The notes beneath the pieces were generated by a model. The model did no database searches. It was not told the origin of the DNA and saw nothing but the letters and a program-made list of their open reading frames with translations. From contig DCHO01000010.1 in the NCBI GenBank assembly GCA_002315655.1, positions 37,002 through 101,001 of the forward strand: a stretch of 64,000 bases of DNA, in the 5' to 3' direction. Both the position numbers and the translations under genes were made by a program. Positions 35,884-47,800 of the stretch are shown piece after piece; within the stretch, counting starts at the first letter, position 1; each line of letters opens with the position of its first letter. This DNA is from Christensenella sp. UBA1750 (lineage in GTDB: Bacteria > Bacillota > Clostridia > Christensenellales > UBA1750).

Positions 35884-38800
35884 AAGAAGTCTCCCCCACT
35901 TCCTCATACTTATAAATGTACACAGCTTCACCACTGTCACTAGCTTTGTAGGCAGGTACCAAGTAAGCCTCCCAACCATCTTTTTTGTACTTTAGCTTAT
36001 GACTATCAGCAGAGTACGACCATGTAGCGTTAACATTTGTAGAGATACCAAGGCTGTATTCATACCAAGTTACAAGCACGACAGTTCTCTTTGTTCTACT
36101 GATACTGACGCAAGAATTAGTGTTGCTTACATTTGCTATCTGACCGTTCTTCATCGTCCATAAGTAATTGTCAGGTAACTTTGTTGTAGTATAACCAAAT
36201 CCGCTTGAATTCCAACTGTATCCTGCGCTGTAATCCTTATTCAAATAATACAGGCTCAGTTTTCCAATGGAATTGTCCTCTTTCCTCATGACTTGCGCTC
36301 CTGCAGTTGCACCAGCAGAATTGCTGTCAAGAGTTTTATTCAGAATCACAAAGTTACCACTGGAGGGAAGCGATGATTGCTGAGTAAACTTGTAGATCGT
36401 TCTTGTCCACTTCGCGTACAGAGTCAGCGTCTCACCCACAGTCTTGACCTGCCACTTACCATCAGAGGCAATCCAACTACTGTTGCCAACAGGTGTACCA
36501 TTAGCATTCAGAACCTTCTTGGCAGAACTGCTATTGCCATCATACCAGCCTTCAATCGCCCAACCACCATTCTTAGTGACAGAAGCGATATTGCTGATAC
36601 CATAGCCACCTGTAGCAATGTCATAGGTCACTCCCTTATTGGAGGAAGCACTATTGGCACTCAACTTAACCTTGCCTGTGTTGCCAGTCCAATAAGCGTA
36701 AAGCTGGATATTCATACCGTTTTCCGTGACAATCCACTTCTTGTTGGCATCGGTGTAGGTGCTGCTTGCCACCGTGTTACCGTTAGCTTCAAGCACCTTA
36801 GAGCCAGCGCCATTCTTACCAGTGTACCAGCCAGACAGCGTGTAGTATTCCTTTTTGGGTGCAGAGTAAGTGCTCAAGTTGGTCGTACCTGCAGTCACAG
36901 ACACAGGATCAGGTGCCGCATTGCCGTTATCAGGATTGAGTATCACATTGGCAGCATAGCCGGCAAGCTTTGCCTCGAAGGTTATGTTGTCTGCATACTT
37001 CCACTGGCCGTTCACAACATAGGAGTTGTCAAGCCACTTGCCTGTCTCATCGGTCACAAGTTTGCCATTGACCATCCAACCCTTGAAGGCGTAGCCCGTC
37101 ACAGTCTTGGTTCCCAGATTCACATCGGTATCGTATGTCACCGTTCTGTTCTCGGAAGAACCGTTGCATACCAGCGTGACCGTGTAATTGTTCGGTGCCC
37201 ACTTCACATACAGTTCCTTAACTGTGGCATTGAGTGCCCACTTGCTGGAGCCTTCGGTGTAGCCGCTGACGCTGGGCTGCAAGGTGGGTGTGCCGCTTGT
37301 TCCGTTGCTGCCGTTGTTGGTCTTGATGACCACAGAGCCGCTGCCCTTGCGAGCGGTGTTCCAGCTCTCCACATGGTAGCCTTCCTTCGTGGGTACGGTG
37401 TAACCGGAAGCAACCAACGTGTCTGCGCCTTCAGAGTTATTCACGAAGAGTTCGGCAGTCCAGGTATTCTCTTCATCTGTATCGTCGATCAAACGTACAG
37501 TATAGTTGGCATCCGATGTATGAGCGTAGAGCTTTGTTGTATCGCCCAACAGCTTAGACCAAGAGTAATTCAGCATTCCGGCAGAGATGTAGCCGGTAAC
37601 CATGTTGCTTACGCCTGTACCGTCAATATTCAGAACTTTGCTTCCGCCGGATTCCTGCGTGTACCAACCGGTCACTCTCTTGCCTTCGATGCTGGGAACG
37701 GTGTACGGCAAACCGGAGGTCGCAAGCACGCCCTTCAAGGTTGCCTGCACACTGTAGTCAGGCGTGATCATGAAGGCCTGATGCAGCTTACCGTTAACGT
37801 ACAGCTCAATCTTCTTGGTGTTAGATTCATCATACTGTGCATACAGAGTCGTGTTACCGTCAAGAATCCACTTGCCGTTTGCAACATAGCTGCTGACAGA
37901 GGTAATCACATCGCCATTGGGGTTGAGCACCTTGGTGCCGCCGGAAGCCGCGGTGTACCAGCCGGTGAAGATCTTTCTGTCGGGCGCCGGGCCAACATAG
38001 TTAGTCAGGCTGTTGACAGAAGCGGTCTCGCCGTAGTGAATGGTGTAATCCTTCGTGGAGGAACCATCATTCAGGGTCAGCTTGATGTCCTTGAGCTTCC
38101 ACTTTGCGGTCAGGGTCGCATCGTTCGCATAATTCCAGTTGCTGGCGTTGACGTAGGTGCTGTTGACCCAGCCGGTTCCGGTGGAATAGATCAAGGTGTT
38201 TCCATCGTAGAAGCCGTCGAAGGTGTAGCCGGTCTTCGTGAACTCGAAGCTGCCGGTGGTTGCCGCGCTGCCGAAGGTCTCGGTAATCTTGGTCTGCGCG
38301 GTGGTGATTTCGTCCACAACGGTCAGGGTGTACTCAATGCCCGTCCAGTGTGCATGGAGCGCTATGGTGTCACCGTCATTGGCGATGATCCACTTGCCGT
38401 CCTTTGTGGTGTAGTCCGTGCCGTTTTCGGTCACAACGGGCGTGCCGTCCGCCTCAACGATCTTGGTGCCGCCGATTGTCTTCGTGTACCAGCCGTCCAG
38501 CGTGTAGCCGGTTCTGGTTGCCGCCTTGTAGTTCGGGGCAGAAGACTGACCCGCAACGATGTCCAGCGTCTGAGAGGCGGGTGTGCCGTTGTTGCCGTTC
38601 AGGCTCAGGTGGCCGGAGTTGGGATTCCACTTCGCAATCAGAGTCAGGTTGCCCGCATGAGCCCACTTGCCCTCTGCATTGACGATGCTTGTGCCCGTAC
38701 CGATCCAGTTGGTGCCGTCGTAAACCTTGGTTTCGCCGTTGTAGATTCCATCAAAGACGAAGCCGGGCTTTGTGGTGGTGAAGCTTCCGAAGGTCATGGT

Positions 38801-41800
38801 GCTGCCATAAGTCTCGGAAATTTCCGTCTTGCCGCCGGTAATATCGTCCACGATGGTCAGAGTGTAGGGATTGCCCGTCCACTGTGCATAGAGCGTGACG
38901 GTGGAATTGTTCGTCGGGACAATCCACTTGCCGTCCGCAGTGGTGTAGGTGGTCGCTGCCTTGACAGGCACACCGGCATTGTCAAGAATCTTGGTGCCGC
39001 CGGTCGCCTGCGTGAACCAGCCGTTCAGCGTGTAGCCGGTTCGGGTGGCCGCGTTGTAGCCGGTGGGCGCGGTGGTGTTGCCGGAGGTGACGGACAGTTC
39101 GTCAGGAGAGACGGAGCCGCCGTTCGGCATCAGTTTCAGCGTAGCGTTGTTTGCAGTCCACTTGCCGGTCAGGGTCAGGCCGCTGTCGTACATCCACTTG
39201 CCGCCCTGAACGTAAGCAGTGCTCTGCCACTCGCCGCTGGCGTTGACGATGAGTTCATCGTCAATATACCAGCCGTTGAAGACATAACCGCTTCTGGAGG
39301 TGTTGTAATTGAGCACGACATTCTCGCCGTAGGTCTGAGAGATGGTCGTAAGCGCCGTGGTGACGCCTTCCTCCATCAGAACCAGGTCGTACTTGTTGGC
39401 CGTCCACTTGGCATAGACGGTCTTGGCCACGGTCAGACCCCACTTGGCGTTTTTGTCGGTGTAGCCGTTAACGCTCGCCACCAGGGACTTATCCGTCTTC
39501 ATGACCAGCTGTGCGCCCGAGTTGGCGGGATCAAGGCTGTACCAGCCGGCCAGCGTGTGTCCGGTCTTGCCGGGTGCGGTGTAACCGGTAACGGTGTCTG
39601 TGCCGTTGGTCACGGAGATCGTCTGGTTCTCCGTGCCGTTCATGGCGTTGAAGGTCAGGTCATAGCTCTGGCCGTTCCACTTCGCCGTGAAGGTCACATT
39701 ATCCTTGTAAATCCACTTGCCGTTCTGGACATAAGTGGTGCTCCAAGTGCCACCCGAGCTGAGTGCCACTTTGTCGCCAACATACCAGCCGGCGAAGCTG
39801 TAGCCGGGCTTGGAGGGCGTGTAATTGAACACGACATTTTCGCCGTAGGTTTCGGTGATCTCCGTGAGCTTGGTGCCGTCGGAATCGTTCAGGGTCACCG
39901 TGTAAGTGTTGCCCTTCCAGTTGGCATAGAGGGTGATGTTCTTATTGATCATCCACTTACCGTCGTTGTTGGAGTAAGTGGTGCTGCCAGCTCTGATGTT
40001 CTTGTTCAGAGACAGCGAACCGTCATTATTGACATGGATCACCTCGACACCGCCGCCGTTTGCCGCCGTGTTGAAGCCGACCAGCGTGTAACCGCTTCTT
40101 TCGGGAGCAACATCGTAGCCGCTCGCGCTGAATTCGGCAGGTGTGGTCTTGGCCGCGAAGATTTCGTTCAGCTTGCCTTCTTCATTTTCGGCGTCGGGTG
40201 CGCTGAGTTCGACCACATACGCATCTGTCCAGCGTGCATACAGGTAGCGATCCTGCGTTGCGACCCAGTTGCCATTCTTGACAACGCTTCCGTCGCTTGC
40301 AGCATAAGTACCGTCAGCGTTCAGGACCTTGACGCCCTTATTACCCTTACCATTGCCATCTTTTCGTTTGCTGTACCAGCCCATCAGAGCTTTTCCGGAA
40401 TTCACGGGAGCAGAGTAGATCTGACCATTGATATCCTTCTCGCCCTTCAGATTGGCTGCACCGCCGTCCTCTGTTCTGAAGATGGTGTAGACATCTGTTT
40501 TATCACCATTGGTATTCTTATCCAGCGTCAGAGAACTGTACTTGTCGGTTTCTTCACGTTCATAATGAGCGTACAGAGTGAGGTCACCATCATAAATCCA
40601 GTTGCCATTGGCATCCGTGTACTTCGTTGTTCCGCCGGTAACGTTCTTGAGCGGTACGCCGGTGGAATCGAGCACCATAACGCCATTTTCACTATTGGTG
40701 TTGTTGCCGTTGTCCGCTTCGGTGAACCAGCCGATGAAGGCCTTTCTGCTGTCAAGCGTCAGTGTGGGAGAGTAGACAGTGGTTACTTCGTATCTATCAG
40801 CCTTGTCTTTTTCTTCAATCTTCTTTTTCAGATTGTTGATAGACGCTTCCTCAGCAAAGGTGAAGTAGTATTCATTAGACACGGAACCGTCAACCAACTT
40901 AACCTGATGGTTGTTGGGAACCCACTTCGGGTAGATCGTGTATGTGGTGTTATACTTGACCCAATAGGAGGTTCCTTCACCATTGATCTGACCGAACACG
41001 CCAGAGAACCAGCCCTGAGACTTGTCGCCATCCGCCGTCAGAATCTTCTTACCGGGCGAGCATTCCTTCGTTGTGTACCAGCCGTCCAGCGTATAGCCGG
41101 TCATAGTGGGCTTGGTGTAGGAAGGATTCTTATTGTCCTGCAGCGTGGCCTTGGTATAGAACTGCTCCTGGAAGGTATAAGTCTTTCCGTTCATGTCGTT
41201 ATCATCCAGAACGAGCGTGAAGTAAGGCTTATCCCAATGTGCATAGAGGGTAGCACTGTCAAGGTTATCGCACCAGACAAGCTGATTGCTGCTGTTCTTC
41301 TTGACAAGGCCTTCAATCTCGGTTAAGCCGCTGTAAACAGTACCATCCGCATTGAGAACCTGCTTGCCATCAGAGGTGAACCACCCGGTCAGCACAGCAT
41401 CGGGCTTGTATTTCTCAATCTTATAAGTACCGTTGTCCTCAGCAACGTTCTTCTTAACCTCCAGATACAGCTGATTGGTAGGCAGAGTTCCGACGTTGAT
41501 TGTGGAGACAAGACTGTTGTACTTCACAACACCGGCACTCTTCTGCTTGGATTCATCGCTCCACTTACCGTCGCCGGAATCCAGAATCAGCTCAAAGGCC
41601 GTGCCGTCCCACATAGAGGTCAGAGTGATCTCGGTGGTGGTAGAAGGCACATCCCACTTGCGATCCTTGACATAGCCGGGAACATCGACGCCATCCATGA
41701 AGTTACCGTCAGCGCCTAAGACAAGCACACGCTTGTTGTCGTTGTCGTAGTAACCCCAACCGATGAAGTCACGCATCTCATCGTTGTCAAGCTTCTGGTT

Positions 41801-44800
41801 GGTCACAGCAGCATCGTCATAGCGATACTTCTGTTCAAAGACAGACTGGCTGGCATTGACCAGCTTCAGAGTGAATCTGGGCACAATGCTGTACTGCGCA
41901 GTCAGCTCCAGGGTTGCGGGCTTGCTGCTGCTCAGGTTCCACTTGCCTTCCTTGATGTTCTCTTCCGCTACGTTCTCAGCGGGATTGCCATCGCCGTCAA
42001 GCACAAGGTTGGTGGGTGCAGTGCCCCAGCCGATGAATTCGTAAATGTCATCCGTGCCTACGGGTGTATATTCGTCGACAACGGTGAAATTCTTGAAGGT
42101 ATCGCTGTCAGCGACAGTGACTGCTTCCTTTCTGAACTGCTCGATTGCAGCGGAGGTGGAATTGTTGTTGTAGGCACCGCCCTTCAACACAACTTTGAAG
42201 GCAGTGGACTGCAACTGGGCATACAGAGTCAGCGCGTTGTCCTGCACCCAGCAGCCATCTTCGATAATGGTATCAGGCGCAGTATCTGCGGGCGTACCGT
42301 CGGCATTCAGAATCGCAACGCCGCCGTCAGGCTCATCGTTCCAGGAAACAATTTCAACGTGTTCCTTGGCGAAGCCTTCGCCGTACTTTTCAAGAACCGT
42401 CGCCTCGTCAAACTCGCTGCTTGCCGTCACTTCGGTACCGGCCTCAACATCAATGTTGACAGAGTAAGCGGCATCATCGTTACTGCTTGAGCCCTTCTGA
42501 CGCAGGATGAGAGACAGCGTGAACTTGATGCGCTCCCAGATGGCAGACAGGGACTTATCCCCCGCCTCCCAGACGATCTGCTCGTTTTCGGTGACAGTGA
42601 CACCCTCCACCTCGGACTCCGCGATTGCGTAGCTCGAAGAGGTTGCGGTATCCTTCTGGGTCAGAACCTTGTCCTTTGCGGCGTTCTGCCAGCCGGCCAG
42701 GTTGTAGTATTTGCGGGTCGGGAACTGGAATGTGGCTGTGGTGTTCACGATTGCCTTATCGTAGGCAGTGATCTCCACATCCTTGCTCCATTCGGTTTCC
42801 GAGCTGCTCAGGTGCAGCGTGTACTTGGCCTGCGTGTAGTTCGCATACAGGTCGATCGTGTCATAGGTATCGACAATGCCGTCGGTCTTGACAATGCCTG
42901 CGACAGCAACGCCGTTGACGTGTGCACCGTTTCTGGTGAGAATGGTGGTGAGGCCGTCCTTCGTGGTCCAACCCTTGAGCACCTGGTTATTGGTCTTCAT
43001 ATCATAGAGCCAGGGCTTGTAATTCACATCACCCTTCACACTGATGCTGGAATTGAAGGGGATCTCAAAGGATGCGGTTTCAGTATTGTTGAGACCGTAG
43101 TGCAGCTTCAAGGTCAGAGAATTGGTCCACTTTGCGGTCAGCTCAACGCTTTCCTTCCTGATCCATCTGCCGTCCTTGACAAGATTTTCGGTGATGAAAT
43201 TGCCGTAACGGTCGATTTCCTCGGAATCGCCGTCGCACCAGGCAGCCAGACGCTCATTGGTATGCTCCGTCTTGTTGTTGAGCTCTGCCATCATGGTATC
43301 GTAATCGACAGCAGTTTCACCGTCATAGTAGATGAGCCCCTCTACAGTGGCGCCTTCGACCATGAGGTAATCATGCGTGGTTTCGGTAGCCGTATCGTTC
43401 AGGGTCAACGTGTACTTATTGCCCCAATGCGCGTACAGAGTAACATCGTTTCTGTCTTCCCAACCAAGGGCGTTGGTGTAGCCTTCCACATTCAGGATGG
43501 GCTTGCCATAGCGATCCAGCACCTGGGTGCCGCCTTCGCTTAAGGTGTACCAGCCGGTGATGCCCTTAGGATCATTGGTGGGGGCGCTGTTGTCGCCATA
43601 GAGACGCTCACAGCTGTTGGGCAGGATGCGGGTGAACTGCACGACTTCGTTGCCGTCCGGCCAGGTACCGCCGTTGGCATTCAGCGTGACGGTCATGTAA
43701 TCGTAGGGCACCATGTAGTACTGCCCCAGCTCGATCTCATGCTGCTTGCCGTCGTTGGGCGCTTCTTCGGTGTTATAGTCTCTCAGCTTAATCTTTACAT
43801 AGTAGATCTCGCCGGGCTGTGCACCGTTGACGCCGACTGCCATCTTCATCCAGGAATATCCGCCGTTACTCAACGCAGCGCCGCGCAGAGCGGAAGCGGT
43901 ATCAATGGTGATGGGACGATCTTCGGCATAGTATTCAGTCAGCTTATCCTCACTGAGCACACGGTAGTCATAGACTTCCCATGTGGTGAGTGTGATGTTC
44001 TGCGTCAGGATATACAAGCCGGAGTCGTACTTCGGGTTCTCGTTGAGGTCCAAAGGACGGATGGCTTCTTCAATATCCTTATCGCCGATGAATTCCTTCA
44101 AATAACGTTCGCCATCATAAGCCTGGTTGTAGACCTTGTCGTACATGGCGGCACGCGGCTGCGGGAAGTCAGCATCGTAAACGAGGTTGGCGAGCACAAC
44201 ATGACCTTCGCCCATGACCTTGAAGGTAATGGTCAGGGTGTTGTTGCTGTCAACACGGCTGGTTTCACCGGCAGAGAGGAATCCGCCGAGTTCGGCTGTG
44301 GTCTGCACCTCATGCAGAACAATCTTGACCTGTGCAGTGCCCTGACGTTCGCCGATGACGGTGAACTTGTTGTAGGGCAGCATCTTGATGGTCACGCAGT
44401 CGGAAGAAGATTCGATCGTGTAGTAGTTCTTGGGATCGGTTTCGGTCTTGTTCTCCCAGTGCAGCTCATCGGCGTTCATAATGGCCATGCCGTTGGTCAG
44501 CGCCTTCAGGTAGAAGGTCTGGGAGTATTCATCGATATACTGTTCGTCGCCCTCATAGTCTTTTCTGACATAGAAGGTATAGGTGTTGCTGGCGACACGT
44601 TCGCCGGATTCCTCGCCTTCCTCGCCCTCCTGCGGCTCTTCCTCGGATTGCTTGGGCTCGCCGTCTTCAAAGACGCTGATGACCAGGTCGGCGGTGATGT
44701 TGGTCGTGATCTTGGTGGAGTACTGGTTGTCAATATCCGAATAGACGAAGTTGACGCGCTCCGTGGTGATCTGTTCGTTGGGATTGATCTTCTTTGCGAT

Positions 44801-47800
44801 GACCTTGGCCACGATTCTGGCCTTGCCATCGGTGTTCTCCACGCGCTGAATGACAACGTTCTGATAATCACTTTCAGTGCGTTTGTCATTGATGTCGCCA
44901 AAGTAGATCTGAATCAGGCTCTGCAGCTGTTCAACGGTCTTTCCGGCCGTGATATCCGCAGTCTTATCCACATAGTCCTTGTAGAAGGCCAGACGGACTT
45001 CCTCACTGTTGGCATAGGCCGTGTTGCCGGTGCCGTCGTCGGTGTAGCGCATCAGGTCAAGGTAGATGCTCTGGGTATCGGAATACATACCGGTATTCTT
45101 GAGCCAGGTACCGTAATGCACCCAGATGGAATCGCCCTGCTTGATGATGGCCGGGAAGGGATAGTTTTCGCCCTGCAGTTCGGCGTCCAGACCGGGGAAG
45201 GAATACTTACCGTCAATGCGGGTCACGCCGTCCTCGGCAAACACCGTAACGAAGTTAAACTTGTTGGAGTCGGAATTGCCCTTGTTCAGCGCATCGCACA
45301 TTCTCTCTGTGCCGGACATGGTGTAGATGTCCTGCTCACCGGAGAGCTGATCGAAGTTAACGGCATACAGGCCGTTGATATTGTAGGTAGAAGCAATGTT
45401 ATCACTATTAGGAATTCTCTTGCTCAGGAAAGAGTAGTTGCCCAAGATGACCCAACGATAGTTGGTATCCTTAACAGACTTGCCGTTGAGCATATAAGTC
45501 TCGGCATCCGAAAGTTTAGGCGCACTACCGGAGGTCTTGTAGCCATAACGGAGGTCGCCAAGAATCTTCCACAGAGAGTAACCGAAAGTGAGGTTCTTGT
45601 TCTTGGTCAGGTCTACATCCTTAGTGATGTTGGCTTCAACCGTGTCAAGGTAGTAGCAGTTTTCAATAGTCAGAGTCGCGATATTACCGTACTGTTCACC
45701 AAGGCTGCCAATAACAGAGACCGCACGGATGGTATTCTCCAAGGTGTACTGGGGCAGCTCCATGTAGGTGTAGCAATTCTCATAGTAGGGAGAACCGCTG
45801 CGAACAAGGCCGTTGATATACCAGTTGTTATCATCAGAGAAGTTTCTGAAGTTACAGGTATATGCACCGCCGCCCAAGCCGCCGATGTAAATGTTATTGG
45901 AGTCGGTCACAACGGTGTCGATCTCGCTCCAGTCAGTAAGGCTGGTGCCAACATGGTGACCGGATGTACTCTGATTAAGCAGATTTCTACCTATGGAAGT
46001 GAATTCAATTTTACCGCCGGTATAGCAGTTGATAATCTTTCTGATTTGTCCGGACGCCTCACTGCTGGTGGAGTTACTGGCACTGACGGAGCCAACCAGA
46101 CCGCCGACACGGAAATAGTTACCTCTGGTGCCCTTTTCGCTGATGTTCTGATTCATCTTGATGGTGACAACAGCAGAGCAATTCTCCATATCGACAGAGG
46201 TGGAACCGACCAGACCGCCGATGTTGCAGTCCGCGCCGGAGCTGGACACCGTGCTATCCTCGATGGTATAGCCTGCGATAGCGCAGTTTCTGATGTAGCC
46301 GTCACTCTCATTGGAGTATTCGTAGGCAATACCGATCAGACCACCCAGAGAATATGCGGGATTTTCGATAGAACCCGTCTTGGCAATCTTCGCCTGATCG
46401 TTGTTCGCATACATGATGACGTTTTCGATCTGCGCACCGGCCGTAGCACCGAACAAACCGGCAGAATAGGAACTGGTATTGATGGACAGATTCTTGATCT
46501 TGTAGGAACCGCCGTCGTAGGAGTTGCCGAACCATGCCCACAGGTATCTGTTCTGAACGCCTGTGATGTCGGACAGAATTTCAGAAAGCGAGAAGAAGGA
46601 GTCGGATGCAGAAGCGATGGATGTGAAATTGACAACATCCTCGGAGCCCAGATCGTGAGACTGCAGCCAGTACCTATGCGGCACATAGCTTTCCGCAGCC
46701 GCTCTGCTCTGCGTATCACCTTTGAACTGGTCAGCAAGACCCACCTGGCCGTGTTGGAGATAGGTGTACTCAGTATAAATCTTGTCGATGGAGATATTGG
46801 TCCAGCTGATGTTAATATCCAGGTTATTGTTCGCGCCGGAAATCGCGTTCTTACGGTTGCTGTTCCAGTTGATGAACTGCAACTGGTCGATGGAGCGGAT
46901 CTGATACTGGTTATCATCGGTACCGGGTTCGCTGTTCATGGTACGAAGCAGGGATTGTTTGTTTTCATCCTTGCTGGTCAGAGACTTGTATTCGTTGTTG
47001 ACCAGGTTGTTCTGGACGTTGTTGCCCTGAATGTAGCCAAACTGGATGCCGCCGGCAAAGAACGGAGAGAAGGTGTACTTGTAGGCATAGCAGGTGCCCT
47101 TGTCGTCGCTCTTGTTGCCGATGTAGAAGGCGCCGTTGGCCTTGCTGCCGCTTAAGGACAGACCGTCGGTATTGGAGGAGGCATACGCATCCTGCGTGTA
47201 ATACGGATAGAAGGAGTAACCGATGAAGTTTTCATCCATGTTCTTCTTGGCTTCCGCATTTAAGGACTTGGTGGAGCCGACCGTGTTGTCCACGTTGGCA
47301 ATGCCTTCCCAGCTGATCTTGACGTTCTTTTCCACATCGTTGAGGATGTAGTAGCCGAAGCCAAAGCCCTTATCGCTGTCGATCACGCCGCCGTCATCGT
47401 GCGCTTTGCAGAGCATATTCTCGATCTTGGTGGAGATCTCAATGCCCTTGTCGTTATCGTCCGCGTTGGTACCGCCGGGGATCAGATAATAGTGATAACC
47501 CTCGTTGGAGCCGCCGGTTTCGTGCTCCCAGTAGAAGAAGCCGACTTCGTTCAGAGAAGCTTCTTCGATCCATTCACCGTAATGAACAGGGATGCCGGAG
47601 GCGTTTTTAACCACAGTGGAAGGATAAGAATAGTTCAGATTCTCGTCTTCCTTATGGGTACGAATCTTTTCGCAGTAATAGGACTCCTCCGCCTTCTCGC
47701 TGTATCCGCTGGGGATATGATCCTTGAAGACTTCGCTCATCTTCACGCAGACAGCGTGGTCTACAAATTCCTCAGGAACGCTCTCCTTGAGGACATAGGT

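Noticed and set aside
36377-41326. 1,649-aa plus-strand ORF. The same applies to 43739-47155 (1,138 aa) and 48374-50866 (830 aa), all antisense to the giant gene.
   Set aside because: The translations are low-complexity and rich in Gly, Arg, Val and Ala, with no motifs, RBS or promoter. They lie exactly opposite a strongly supported, motif-rich coding frame. Long antisense open frames are expected opposite GC-rich, repeat-rich genes.
36407-43693. The periodic DNA repeats as a CRISPR array or other non-coding repeat.
   Set aside because: The periodicity is 240-375 nt, the units are imperfect, and the whole region lies in one open reading frame with a conserved protein-level signature. No short direct repeats with unique spacers occur anywhere in the window.
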